In this document: positions 28,905 through 42,969 of the stretch, piece after piece
How positions within the stretch are numbered: position 1 is the first letter of the stretch
Layout of the letters: each line of letters starts with the position of its first letter
Source of the DNA: Marsupella aquatica
Lineage: Eukaryota; Plantae; Marchantiophyta
Assembly (NCBI GenBank): GCA_973895155.1
Contig: OZ316896.1
Location: forward strand, 21,272,152 to 21,336,151
Length of the DNA stretch: 64,000 bases
Direction of reading: 5' to 3'
Program-made: the position numbers and the translations under genes
The notes under the pieces: model-generated
The model's input: only the letters and a program-made list of their open reading frames with translations
What the model was told of the DNA's origin: nothing
Databases searched by the model: none

Positions 28905-31900
28905 CTACCTCGAAGCTGATGGAGTAATCCTATTCATTCCGTGTTCATTGTCCCCGTTCATTACTGTTAGGGGCGCACTTTGCTCAATGAAGGAGAAACT
29001 GCCACATTGTTTTGAGGGAAACGTAGTCTGACATGCAGTACCATTTACACTCGCAACAGATGAATAATCGTCGATCCTTGCAGCAGTGCCTGTCGCAGCG
29101 GACTTGAGTGGGTTGACGAGAGAGTCTGAGCCAGAAGATATGGTCCCATTTGCATTGGTTGAGTAATTGTCAACCCCTTCATTTGTAGTAATGCCCGCTA
29201 GAAGGGGCTTGAGTGGGACGAGAGAGCCTGAGCCGTACATTCCTCCACTCCATTCAGCACTCAGAACCAGTCCAGGACCTGCCACTCCTTCAAACAGATC
29301 ATCGTCGGAAGCAAGGAGCTCTGTAAAAGAGAGTGGCGGTGCTGCGTCTGAAGAAATATCAGCTTGCGAAACAGAAAATGGACGTAGATGAAGCTGAGAT
29401 GATTCATTGTTAGTCCACATGTTCACCTGTTGATCTTCTAATGATAAGGGATTTAGCTGAACCTGGGAGTCCCCCGCTAGGACAAGGTCACTCATGTCAA
29501 AGTCAGTCGACAGGACATCATGCCCAAAATTGCTCCCATCTGCCGCAAGAGCTTCTTCTGCCTGATTTGTAGCAGCGACAAAGTCGGGAAAAGCTTTAGC
29601 ATCACTGAATGCGGCAGAAAATTCCTTATCTGGGGAGCTGAACCAAGACGACTGCAAACTGACTGAGTCCAATTGCCCTTGGCCCACCCTGTTCAAATTC
29701 TCAGCATCAATGACTTCACCATGGTCAACAGCACCTCCCCTTCGAGGTTTCACCCCTCCAGTTTGACGAAAAGGACAGGCTGGAGCACGACACTTTCGAC
29801 ATCTGTGGCACTTGTACCCCATCAGGTAAGGAACATCTCCTTGTCTCAGACCCAGGGAAGCTCCATGATACCACCCTGTTCAATTCAAAGAATTTTTATT
29901 AGAATTATATAATACGAATAAGGACTTCCATACATTCACCAATACCCAATTGTAGAAAGCTTCATTCGAGAGACTTAAGTGTTCTAGAACCTCAATTTCT
30001 AAGAATGTCAACAGCATTATGAGAGGATGGCAGATCCGTCCTCACTGGCGAACATGGATGTCATCCAAGAAAGCATCCATAAGATTAAGGAGATCTATGA
30101 CTACACAAGCAACCGCCCACCAAGCCCGTTCAAGAACGAACAAACTGATGAACGCCGACAGTGATGAGATCCCACTGGCAACTAGTCATACATTGTAGTT
30201 TGCTAGTAACTTTTCTGCGTTAGTCTCGAAAAAAGAAACATCTTCAGCGCTGGGCTTACGTTAGGCCCAGGCTTTTGTAAAAGCCTAACATGTATTGACA
30301 CGGAATGTAACCCATAGTCTCGCTGTACTCACCTTCACAGTACTCACAGCTGACGTACACGTGACCAGGTGCGTAGGGTTCTGAGCAAATGCCACATCTA
30401 GGCAACTTTCCTTCATCCAAACCCACTTGGCCTTCAAGCACTACTCTTTCTTGCCTAAACCTTTGAATTTCGGCCTCAGATTTAACTGATCTATTACCAA
30501 AATCAAGCCCATTACCAGATTTCCTTTGGCGCCCTTCGTCAGGTCCAGCAATGTTATTCACATCCTGCCTTCCTACTTCCAGGCCATCAAAGATTATCTT
30601 GAGTCTTTTTCGTTTCAGAGGTAACTTAATCACGACCTCATCTCCACCACCATCATCGTCATCATCATCATCACCTTCATCATTTTGTGGTGCTGCTAAG
30701 CTGTCCATTCGACGCCCTGTTCTTCTCTTTCTTGACAACGACTTTTCTGGACTTTGCTCATCCAGCTTGTATTTCTTCTTATAACGTCGAGGAACTTGGG
30801 GTTGTTCAATTATGAACGGAGGATTGGCTGAATTTGGGGAAATGCTGTTTCTTATCCTGCCTGATGTTCGCCTTTCCTGAGGTAGTATATCTTGATTTCG
30901 TTCAGCCTGCCTTGGACTCGATGAAGCGCTTATTATCCTGCCTGATCTTCGCCTTTCTTTAAATACCGTATTTTGCTTTCGTTCAGCTTGACTTGGACTC
31001 GATGAAACGCTTCTGATCCTGCCTGATCTTCGCCTTTCTTGAGTAGTTGTATCTTGCTTTCGTTTCCTACCCCGCTTCTTGGGTTGTGGCAGATCAGTCT
31101 CTTCTTCCTCAACGGGGACGACTCTCTTCTTCTTTTTCTTCTTCCCCACCCGAGTTGGCTCACCGTCGTATTGGCATGGAACTACCGTGGTAAAACCCTT
31201 CTTTTTCTTCATCATCTTCTTCTTACCCTTCTTCTCCATCCAAATGGATTCACAGTCAAGCTGGGATGGTGTTGGTACAGAAAGCAACCTTTTCTTCTTC
31301 TTCTTTCCAAAAAGCTTAGAGTCCGGTGGCGACGTAGAGTCAGGCTTATCCCTTTTACATCTGAGCTTCACTTTACCGAGGGATATTTCTTCCTTATCAG
31401 CAACCACAGCTTCCTTCCTGAATGTAGCAAGATTGCCATCTGATAGCAGCTGCGACTGCAGTGCAAGCATTTTGTAGGAAGGCTTACGCATCCGGTGTCC
31501 CAGTCGTGATTGAATACAACTTTTGCAAACTGGAACTACCCCGTGCCCGTTAATGGAATCTTCAACTTGTGTACACTTTTTATGGAAGTGCCCTGTCAAA
31601 AATAAGAACGCAGTTTGTCAAAACAAGACTTGTTTCTGTGGTTAGTGAAATTCTGCGAAATCAATATGCAGGTTGACCTCTAGAGAAGGTTTTCCCTCTC
31701 AGTTTGAAACATGTCTGAATCTGGAACCCTAGAAGGTAACAGCTATTACCCATTTGAACATATCAATACCATTTATGAGGTATAGAGAAAGCATGCCAAC
31801 CATGACAAACCAACTGTAGTCTTATAAAACATTTAGAGCAAAAACTGAGGCAGTAACCTTACAGAAATAAATGCATGTACAATTCTTGGAAAGAAATCTT

Positions 31901-34900
31901 CCCACGGGAGAAATTAACTTACCACTACATCGCTTGCATTTGACATGTTGGCTGCAAATGCAACAACTCGGAGTTAGAAAAGTATGACTAAAGTACACTA
32001 ATCACACCAGAAAAACGCAGATTTCAATTTCTTACAAGTTCAAAGTGCAGCCAAGGGAATACATGACAACGAAATAATAAAGCAAACAAATATAACAATC
32101 AGTGCAACTGGAGGAGATCACACCTTTTTGAGCAACTAAGGTTGCAGTGCCCACAAACCCAGCCTGATAGTTTCTTACTCTCGAGTGGCCCAGCAAGACG
32201 AGGATTACACAGCAGATTCCAGAATGAAAGCTTCTTCTGCTGGTTGGAACCTTTGAGCTTGCCTTTTTTCAAAGGCTTGGGCAGCTCAAGTTGGTTTTCA
32301 ACCCTCAGCCTCTCCACGTAAGCTTTCAATACGAAGAGAGGAACCTGGGTCTCCGTAACCCACACGTCATCTGCACTTTCTTTTGCAGAGGCTTGGAGCT
32401 TCTTGTGGTTGGGCTTTTCAGCAGAGGCCCCTACACCCTTTGGTGGAACTTCTTGTTGCTGCTGTGCTGAAGCATCTACCTTTTCATCAGTATCCGTGGC
32501 GAATCCTAGTAAATACTTCACTATGCCACTTTCATCTTTCTTGGCTCGAATTTCAGCTTTATGGAAAGCAGCGTCACTTTCCACTGGACCTTTCACATTG
32601 TGTGTGGTGGTTGCTTCCAGAGGAGAAATGATGTCGTTCCACTTGACGAACGTGTCCAGGTACCGAACCTGCCAGAAAACGCATTGCAAGGAACTGAATT
32701 TAGAAATATCTCTATCTTAAACAGACAACATCCAATTCACCCTGAACAGCTGTCCACAAAGTATACCTCGAATCTATTTTGCTAAGCATTGATGACTGCA
32801 CCAACAAATGCTTCTAGCAATGTCGATTAGCTGAAATTTCATGTGACAACATAGGCTGATCACCAGAACCTTCGGGTGGAAGTGAGAAGTTCACTCCTCT
32901 TGTCATATGATTGGACCCAAAAATCAAAAATAGAGTTTATTAGGACAGAATCAAGGGCAGGAAATTCACGAGACCTTCGAGTTCCAATAAACTCCCTAAA
33001 TAAAGTTCACAAAAGATGGTAGTACTCTCGGCATCACTTAAATTTAGTGGAGTGAACCAACCTGAACAGCAACTTCGGCAATAGTGGAGATTTTTTCGAG
33101 TCTGGTCCGCCAGGCAAATCGCCGTGTTCTCCGAGGGAGATCCAAACTTTTACTATAAACTAACTCTGGAATCTCCTTGAAACCTCCTGCAGGGGTAAAA
33201 TGAACTTAATTAGGTATCCTGCACATGTAAGAACCTACTCAAACAAATCCACCAGTCCTGCATGACTACGTGCAAGCGTAGATTCTCACTGTATCTCCAC
33301 TTCAGTCGCTCATCAGTCTTCTCAAAAGTACTGATAAACATGTGCTTGTCACGTTCCATGACCGTCTTAATAAAGTTGCCCTCTAGAGCTGGCAAAGAAT
33401 ATTTTGGAGCATATTTAAACTGTCACAAAAGAACTCCTTAGCATATTCAATTGAAGTAACACCAAAAGCGTGCAGACTACAAAGTTCAACCTTTTAATTG
33501 GACGTCTGAATACATTTCTGAGATAATCAGAATTGAAAAAGAGTACCTTGGCGTCCAGCTCGACGCAATGAAGTCCTCGTCAGACTTTCCCAGTTGTAGA
33601 CCTTACGAGACAGACGTCCTCCTCTCCACCACTTGACACCAAAGCAACCTCCATCATATGAATTAACAGGTGGGGGCTTAGCCACAACATTGGGACGCCC
33701 ACGCTTTCTACTGGGTGCAGCCTTCTTCCCCGCGGGTACACTAGCAGTATTGATAATGGCTGCACTGCTTGCGATTGATTCGGGGTAATCTTCTTCGACC
33801 TTATCCCAGTCTGAGGATAGAACAGACTTCCGCATGCTTGATTCCATCTGTTGCAACGAAGTGAACAACCAAAGCTGTCACTTAAATAATGCTTGTCAAC
33901 TCCCATTACTTTATAACAAGCCGGTATTATCATTGAACATCGACCGAATTCTCTACGAGACTACAGCAAAGACCCTTGCTCGTGAAGCTACTATCAAACT
34001 CGATTTTAAAAACACGATGATCTACATGATTAGCGGCAGGTAGATCAGCAATCTTACCTCAAGAAGCGCAAGTTTCATGTCCTTCAGAGACTTAGCTTGC
34101 TCAACTTTCTTGCGCCATTTCTTTCTGTGACCAGAATACTCCCACGGGCCCACTAGCAGGCCGTGCAAATTCTCCTCCATATACAACATATATGCAGCTA
34201 CTGCAGGAAAATGTCCAGTTCCGCCTTTAAGAGAACGAATTCCCCCAACGACAAGGGCTGCTCCTCCAGCCAACTGTCCTGCCACCTGGGTAAGTAGGCA
34301 GCCCCGGCGAATTGGTAACCTGCAGTTAAGGCACCAACCACATTTTTCTTTCGGGATATCCTTGCCTCTTTTCTTGAAGCTTGGCCAGAAAAAGGGAGAC
34401 GAAGCCTGGGTAAAAGCTTTCACATGGTCCGCAACACTACTTGGCTTAGACTTCTTCATCGATCCACTTCTGTCGTCAACTAAGTCATCCACACCCCCAG
34501 CCATCACTGCCAAGTTAAAAGCTGCTGTAGCCACCAAATCACAATTAGCATACTTGTTCTTGTAAGAACAAGCATTAATCTGTGTGATTGTCGAAAGATA
34601 GTCCACCTCTCTTTCGGAACTTCCACCTTTAAGGTGACCTGCCGTGGCGCGTTTCCGCAGGGCAGCACGCTCATCTCTCTGCTCCGGGAGCTCCTCCTTT
34701 GGAGAAGGCTTCCCACGAGAAACAGTTGTCAATGTCAAATCACCATTTAGTTCGTGCTGTGCCGTCCCTAGACTTATCATCTTAACGTCCCCCGAGTCTC
34801 CCGCACTAGTGTCATTTCTCTCTGATTCAACTGCTATAACTCCTGTACTTAAAGAGTCAGACACTTTGATGGCATTCTCAATATTGCTCTCCACGTTCGT

Positions 34901-37900
34901 CTGTTCATTTCTTTTACTAATACTCGACCGCAACGCTACTTGCTTTGAGGAATCGTCAGAAGTATGATGCCTCCAAATATTCTCGAGTTCCGCGCTCATA
35001 GAATTGTTCGTGAAACCACATTGTAGCTCATTATGGCCCGGTTTCCCAGGCTCATCATTGCACAAACGAGGTTTGTTCTCGTCTTCTCTGGTACAAGGGA
35101 CAACTACATCAGAGGTGGGTTGCAGCCCATTCGTGTAATTCAAGGAGTTGATTGCAGTTAGGTTCTCTTCTACATAAAGCTCTCCTTTCGAATGCGAGAG
35201 AACAGGGCTGATGACAGGCTGACAATTGGCGACTGTAGAAGACGTGAGAGCCAATGGAAAGTCCGCCAGCTTCTTTGTCTGCTCTGAAGCAAGGGAACCA
35301 TCAGGAAGGAAAGGTTTTCCGACATCCTCTAGAACGTTCCCTCCTAGCAAAATGCTGCTGTTGCATTGCCCATCGATTTCCGAGGATAAGACTACCGAAG
35401 GAGGTGCCTCCAGTACAGAGGGGGATTTCGGAGAAACCTCATTTGTCATTCTAATCCCCGTGTCCACTTGGTAGAACTGTTTCACAGCATTCTGAACATT
35501 GCAGTAACTTGAACCTGCTACCTCCAGCAGCTGTACTACTGTGTGAAGGTCACGACGACTGTAATACCGATGCATAACCTGCCCCCCGGGACCTGACTCT
35601 GATCTGCAGATCAGCCTTAGAAGTTAGTTATGGACAACACCAGCAAACACACAAACGCTTGAATATCATCAATCGCTCATAACTACCGTACATTTTGTTC
35701 GTAAATTTTTACCTTAATATCCTCTACAGCTGGAGTTTCTAATTGTTACCGGGCACCACATAACAGATAGGGTATCAACTTTACTCAAGCGAAATTTTCG
35801 TGTGCAGGAGCGGAGCACAACATAACGTCTCCAAAAGTTTAAACGAAACTCATGGACTCAAAGCATTTTGGAAGAATTGACTGAAACAACTAACTCTTTC
35901 AGAACTAAAGAACCCAGTGGTTCAAGAAAGCAGTCTACAGAATTGGATCCCTGTGTTTTTCAAAACTCATTGCGTAATGCCAGAACACAACGCACCAACA
36001 AAGTCTGAATATGCTACATTGGCTCGAAATTCACTCCACATAGAAACGAAACTGAGTAGTGACTGAACTAATAATTATTTTCTATCAATGCTAGTCTGAA
36101 AGGAGGGAGAGAGGGACACCTACATCAAGAGGTAGCCGCATATGTTATAGAAGAATTGGCTATCTGGACCAATAGCCAGAAGCTCCCCTCCTCGAATTCT
36201 TTTAGATATGCGTGCACCCCTTGGGTCATGTTTGTTAGCACAGCATTCCGGGCAAAACCAGTCTCCTGGAGGGAGACCTTGTTTTGTGACTCCAACACAA
36301 CGAGAATGGTACGCTGCAGGGCATCCGTCACAGCAGATCAAGTTGCCATCCATTGCACACAGAACACATTCGTCTAGATTTCCATCTTCATCAAGGTGCC
36401 TTCCAACTCTGACAGCATTGGCCCCTGAGGGTGAGAGCGCTTCAGGGACCAACGTCTCGTTCTCGGGAGTGCTCTCATTCGCCTGTTTCCTCTGCGCGAA
36501 TCCTTTCGTTTCCATTGTCTCGGGATCGTTTTCGAGAAGGATCCGCCTGGCGAGCTCGGCCCTGGTCTCGTCCGTGTCAAGGACTTTGTCACTGAGAAAA
36601 CTCAAGATGGCCAACTTTGTCCTCACCGGCAGTTTGTAGTAGTCGACAGAAGTGGAAAGACCACTTTTGACATAAGACTGTCGGTCACCATTAAAATTGA
36701 ACCCTTGTGTGAGAATGTATCCCACCAAGAAAGAGGGCCACGTAATGTAATCCAGAAAACTCCAATCTGATAACCTGAAACCATAGAATTCGAGGGACGG
36801 GTTACGACCAAGCACTGCGAGCATGCATCCGCCCTCAAGCAAGATTCACTCAACCGTACATTTAAGTAGACGAGGAGGACAAGACCCCGTGGAATCAAAA
36901 TAGGGGACACTATTATTTCTGGTCGCTCGTTAACCTTGCTAAACTTCTACTTGCACAAGTGGCATAAGCAGAACACGTGCCAATGGTGCAAATTGGGTCG
37001 AGGGTAAAGACACAATGCAGCAAAGATTCCACGAGACGAGCATTCACCCAGAGGCCCATTCGATGGACGAAATGTGAGAATAAAATGGAGTAGCGAACCT
37101 GAGGGTGAAAGTGGCAGATTTGGAGCCATTCCTGGAGAGCCTCTCGAGTTGGCGACGCAACGTTTGCAACAAACTCAAATGGATACTGTCCGTCAGAGCA
37201 CAAACATCGGTCGTGACAAGGGAATAAGCAAATTCCTCGAGTGAAAAGGGACTGAGGAAGATCAGGTTGCTGAAAGATCTCAGCAAGCTGTACACCTGGA
37301 AGAGCTCCAACACACAATCATCCAACTCTCCGAGGGTTCTGGAGGAAGGAGGAAGAGCAAGCACAAATGCACTGAACTGAGTCTTCTCCTCCTGTTCGTG
37401 TCCTTCGCCACCTTTGTGACCTTTCCCAAGATCTAAATCGCTGTCCACATCCGAAAGAGGTGAGTATGCTTCAGTCCCAACAGAAGGCAGTGGTACGTCG
37501 GCAATGGTCCTTGCCATTTCATCCGCCATCTTTTCCGTGTCACCCTCATTATTCCTGGCGCTCACCTCCTCTTCAACGGAAGGCATCTGCGGTTGCTGGA
37601 CGCATGAATTGAACGTGGGAGAGACTCTGGTTCGTTTACGGCGACAGGACGAAGTTTTCAGCCCTGGAACACGAATCCCGTTCCCATATGCTTCGGCCCT
37701 CCTCTTACTTTCATCCTCTCCTGGTGGATCAAATTCGAATTCCGGTCTTTTAACACTTGTCTCGAAAGCATTCTCAAGGCTGACAGGAACGAGTGGCTCA
37801 AGGAGGAGCTCCTCTTCTTGCAAGTTACTAGCCTTCCCTCCCTCATTGCTGCCCCTCAACTGTCTGTAGATTTCCTTGGTTTGTGCATTCAGGACCTTCA

Positions 37901-38297
37901 CTTCTTCCAAGCGTAAAGGAGGATTCTTGCCAGGTGAGCTATCATGCTGGCCATCCACAAGAGCTCCGGCTGAAATTGCATCTTTCTCGGCTAAATCTCT
38001 TCTCCGCTTCCGACCACGTCTTCCGCTAGTTATTGGTTGGTCCTCGGAGGACAATAGCAGCAGTGGCTGTGACGGCGGCTCCTGGCAATCGTCATCGACG
38101 AGGACTTCCTTCAACTCTTTCAAATCGAGTTCCTCCCTATCCCCATCATCGTACTTGACCTTGTAAAACTTCCGAAGCCGGTTGAACGAGATCACCTTTC
38201 CGTGGAAATATCCAAACCCTAAGAAAAACTTTTTCACCGTCCTGCCGACAAAAATCCCATTCTCCTCGTCTTCCTTCACCATCTTCTCCTCATACAT
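28905..38297 (-). CDS. PTM-like DDT-PHD chromatin protein (Tudor-like, DDT, WHIM1, three PHD-type fingers), 9 coding exons
   Basis: Exons complement(37099..38297, 36124..36774, 34058..35603, 33547..33847, 33062..33186, 32124..32668, 31923..31951, 30333..31592, 28905..29875). N-terminal FVGRTVKKFF...FYKVKYDDGDREELD; DDT LFQVYSLLRSFSNLIFLSPFSLEEF; DWSFLDYITWP; WHIM1 YYKLPVRTKLAILSFL; PHD CVLCAMDGNLICCDGCPAAYHSRC...WFCPEC; PKEKCGWC; WWRGGRLSR; C-terminal PHD CGICSEPY...CEYCEGWYH...YKCHRCR. Confidence 0.92.
30855..31070 (-). repeat. 81-bp (27-aa) coding tandem repeat x3 inside the PTM-like gene
   Basis: tcctgcctgat(c/g)ttcgcctttc at 30855, 30936 and 31017, encoding ERRRSGRI-type units. Confidence 0.85.
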
Positions 38298-39740
38298 TCC
38301 TCTGCAGTACGCCTGGGGGATGGCAACGACTGGTAACGGTATCTACAATTTAGATGGGACGACAACAAATTAACGTCCGGGACGCGGGAGAGACGTCAAT
38401 ATACTGTTACGATGCAACACGGAAAAGCGACCGCATTGCATTCCATCTGCACGGCCACTGGGGAAAATGAGAGAGGACGCATCAGACGAGTCCACTCCAC
38501 TCCCTCCCTGACCGGCAAGGGAATTAGCCATTGTGCTGGAGTCGGCCAATGCGCAAGATATTGAAAGGTTCCCGACAAATTCGCCTAATAATTGTACTGA
38601 GAGAAAAATAAAGCTTCGGGGATGCGCCACCTAGAATCGATCCTCTTCTCTTCTCAGAAATAATTGATTATGGCAAGACCGTGTCCACCGAGGACAACAT
38701 GGGTCGATCAACCCACTCATCGACTTCCTGCCAGCGTAGTCAACTGAAAAAGTAAGGCTCGGACCTCCACAAGCCGTCCAACAGTGAACCAATGAGTCAC
38801 CGAGACAGTCTCCAGGATCGTCATCATACTCAACTACGATGGAAAGTGGCAACGGCAACGATGACACACTCAGGCCGCACCCGAGCACTTTGCTGACAAT
38901 TCCCGCTCAGAAGGTTTATGCCACCCAAAATTCAGAAATCGTCTTCCGTCCATCCCTATCAGGGTTTCAGAATTCACATACGTACAGCTCCTTCTCTTCC
39001 GACCTAATCTGTCAAAGATGACTCCACTCTGTAACGTAATTCTCGTCCCTACCCTTAACGATAACCAATTCCACACAATTGAACCACCGCTGCTAGCTAC
39101 AGTAGGTGGACATGACGTTTAGAGCCTGATGAGGAGGGAGAGACGGCTTTGAGCAGGAAAAGAGCGAGATCCGGAAGAAACCACTACAACTCCGGATTTG
39201 CAGAGGCCGGACATCAACCACGAAGCGCTTCAAACAAGCTCCCTCCCGGCCTCGCCTACCTGCTCCTCCGATTCAACGACTAAATAAATACTCCCTTCAC
39301 TTGATACTTGATGGATCGAGCGATCGATACCTCAATTTTAAACGACAGAATGATCATTACTCTGTAGAACCATGTCGATCGGTACTGCTACTACTAACCC
39401 ACAAAAACGGATTGCGCGCTCTCTCGGAAGGCATCATTCGGTACGACGAAGAAAAGAGGAAGGCAAAGAGGAGGGCGACTGGAAAAAAATTGTGCCTGTG
39501 CCTCCGTCGCTCCGTGCCCATTCCGGGCGATCATTCGAGGATTGCAGGTGATTCGACTATGATTCCAGCCAAGGCACCGAAGGCCGGACGGACAGACAGA
39601 CTCGCATGGAGAGAAATCATTCCCACTCCGTCTCGTCTCTCTCTGCCTCTCTACCTCTCTACCTCTGTACCTCCCCCCTCCCTAGACTCTACGGACGCCT
39701 CCGTCGCTACCCGTCTCCGCCTGTCCCTCCCTCCTTCCCA

Positions 39741-40135
39741 GGCTCGGCTTTGCTAGGCTCGGCTCGGGGTAGGCTCGGAATCGGCTCGGAGTAGGCTCGG
39801 GGTCGGCTCCATCACCCCGTCCCCTCGGCCCTCATGATGTGCAAGCCGTCCTCGAGCTGTGCAGTTACGACTGTACACTAGTGCCATTAAGTCGACACTG
39901 CACTTGGGCCTTACTGCAGTTACACATGGTTCCACAAAATAGATTTTTCCCTTCGGCCTTACCGCAGTTACAAATGGTTCCACACAAAAATAGAGGTATT
40001 TTTTTTATTGTTTTGAGTATATTTTTGGTTTATATTAGTAAACTTGGATTCACAGGGCTCTGTTCTGCGAAGGGTGGCGCTTTATTAAGTCGACGGTTCA
40101 CTTAGGCATTAGCATAGCTACACATGGTTCCACAC
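39741..40135. repeat. GGCTCGG short-period repeat followed by three copies of an about 30-bp motif (ggccttactgcagttacacatggttccaca)
   Basis: GGCTCGG units at 39741-39810. Motif copies near 39907, 39955 and 40104; two are preceded by ttaagtcgac. Confidence 0.7.
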
Positions 40136-42060
40136 AAACGTATATATGAGCATGAAATATATGATTACTCTTTCAATGAAGGTAGATAGAGGTGGTAAAA
40201 AGGTAAAAAGGTAGAGTTGTGGGAACTTTGAAAATTCACTGCTCCTTCTAGTTCATCTTTGCCTCTATTCCTATTTCTTGTGTGCACTCTTACTTCATGT
40301 TACGCTCTTGAATGTCTATAGGCTGCACTTTAGATAGTAGGCCTAGGAAGTAACTTTTGTTTGGCATTAATTACTTATATATACCAGCCTGGTTATCTGT
40401 TCCTCCTTTCATTTCAGGTAGTGAAACACATGTAGCGTATTTTGAATGTGGGGTTCTTTGTACACTTTATCTAGAAATTGCTCATGCAAAGAATTTTTAT
40501 ACTGTTTCCTTGCATGCTACAATGACCTCCTTCTTCACCAATTTACATTTTAGTATCAAACTTTACAAAACTTTCGAAATGCTGTTTTCATAAGTTTCCC
40601 TTTTACATTTTCATGCACTTGAAGTCCCCTGGTGCTTACTTTGATTACAGAATCTCCAGCTGTGGCTACAGAAGGTCTGTGAGCTCCATCTTTTCCTTTA
40701 GCAGCCTTTTTTCCCAGGCGGAGCTCTCTTCCGTCATTTCGTATCCCCAATAAATGGAGGCAAATGGAAATAGGTGGCTGCTACATTTGGCAGCATTGGT
40801 GGTCACCCTAGACAACCACAACAGGTCACTCGTGATGAGAAACTCACACCACTAAGAATGCTCCCATGTCTGAGCTTCGCAACTGAGGATATATGGAAGC
40901 TTGCCTGGTGGTTATTCATGTCAAAGATGTGGGCTAACTATTTTTTTTCTTGAAAGGAGCACTCTATGGGCCAACTATTTGAGGGGCCTCTAAACTTGTC
41001 TATTATTATTTAACATGGCTACCGTAATAGAGGCCCACAGCGCCTGGAGTTGCTCTTACACCCCATACTACTCTTATACCCCATACTGGAGCAGGAACGG
41101 TACGCCTGCCTCCCCTCCCCTCCCCTCCCCCTAGCCCGCCATGATGCGCATAGTCGTCCTCGACCCTAGTAAGTTACCTCGAACTTCATGAAGTTATCGT
41201 GGATGACATAACATCGACGGTCTGAATCCCCCCATTTGAAAGCGGAGCACTTCGCTTGCCGTCGATCTGACCAAACGCAGTTGAGCAAAAATAATGGGAA
41301 ATTTCAGTTCGTTGGCATGCAACGAATGATTGATTGACCGATGGATGGAATGTCGAGGGATTATTAAGGCGGGTGATTTGCGTTGAGTTTCCGTTGAGTG
41401 GACTTGAGATTTACCCGCCTAAACTGTTTCGCGGAATTTTTAATTTTTGGTTTTGGACCGAATCAATGTCCCGCCATCTTTCATGCGCCGCACCGCACTG
41501 ACCGGAGGTCGGACGGGTACTGTACTTGTTATATCCACTTCTGCATCGAGAAGATAATTATTGAGATCGACGGTCTTGGTGGAGATTCCAGCTTCAAAGG
41601 GAATCAATGGAGGATATTGACCGTTGATTGAAGACGCATTGATGGTCTTTTAGCGATACCTGCACGAAATAACAGCGGCAGCAAAAGTGATGGATGGATG
41701 GGAGGTATGCAGGACCACAAATGAATGCATGCATGTCATGTACGTCGAAGATGGGTGTACTCATCCTCCATGTTGTGTGCGCCCCTTTTCACATTACCCA
41801 ACACTTCTCAGAAAAAGTTCGCGGTTTTTTATGGGTGAATCTAAAGTTCTAAACAATATTATCTCACAAAACTTTATGTAAACATTATTGAATTTCTCAT
41901 TTACTTATGAACTGTCATTATGACCGGAAATCTCTCTAAACATGTGAAGTACGATGTTTTTCACTAGCCATGAAATGGAATCATAGGTGCGAAGTTTATT
42001 TCCCTTCCCATGCCCAACACCCTCCTTGAAAGAATGAAAAGGTACTCCTTGAAAGCCACT

Positions 42061-42527
42061 TTTCAGGCGGACTTGTGGACTCCCGTACTGTCAAGTGGCC
42101 TTAGCTGTCTCATTTATGCTCGGTGACGTTTTTCTGCAACATCAATTACCATCTGATCCTAAAGTTATACATTGAATATTGAGTTATGAACAATGATCAC
42201 ATTAAGCCTTAAGCTAGTTTTCAGGAGGACTTGCGGACACCCAATACTGTCAAATGGCGTAGCTGTTCCACTTATGCTTGATAACACTTTTTTGCAATAT
42301 CAATTACCATCTAATCCTAAAGTTATACATTGAATATTGAGTTATGAACATGATCACATTAAGCCTTAAGCTAGTTTTCAGGAGTACTTGCGGACACCCC
42401 ATGCTGTCAAATGGCTTAGCTGTTTCACTTCTGCTTGATAACACTTTTTGCGACATCAATTGCTATCTAATCCTAAAATTATACGTTAATTAAATATTGA
42501 GTTATGAACAATGATCACCTTCAGCCT
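42061..42527. repeat. Satellite-like tandem repeat, about 158-bp monomer x3
   Basis: Monomer starts (tttcagg) at 42061, 42219 and 42376. Shared blocks: ctgtcaa.tggc, atcaattaccatct.atcctaaagttatac, aatattgagttatgaaca.tgatcac. Confidence 0.92.
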
Positions 42528-42969
42528 GAAATGAAGAACGTTAATTTTTCACATCATACACACACTGACTGATGAAACTCTGGTTAAGATTGTGAAGCAG
42601 TTGTCTCATTGTGCTCCAACAGAATTGCCAAGAATTAGAGTGAAGCACATGCCTTACTTTACCCCATCGTGGCAGTTTCAGCCCCTCTTTGCATCTTGAG
42701 TAGTTAAACTTAGAGACTAAGCTCAAGTCACTTGGGATCCGCCCTAAACAACAGTCTACTTGCCCCAATTTTGCCACATCAAGTACACCTCACCTACACA
42801 AAATATTATGTGCTGAATGTTGTGTCCTTGGGATGAAACATATTTTTATTAAAAGTATTTGCAAATAAATATGATGAAAAGACGGGGGCTAGAGCAAAGA
42901 TAGGGGGATAGGGGATGGGTGATTGGGGAGGGGAAATACCCTCAGATTTGGGTTTTGGGGGGGGGGGGG

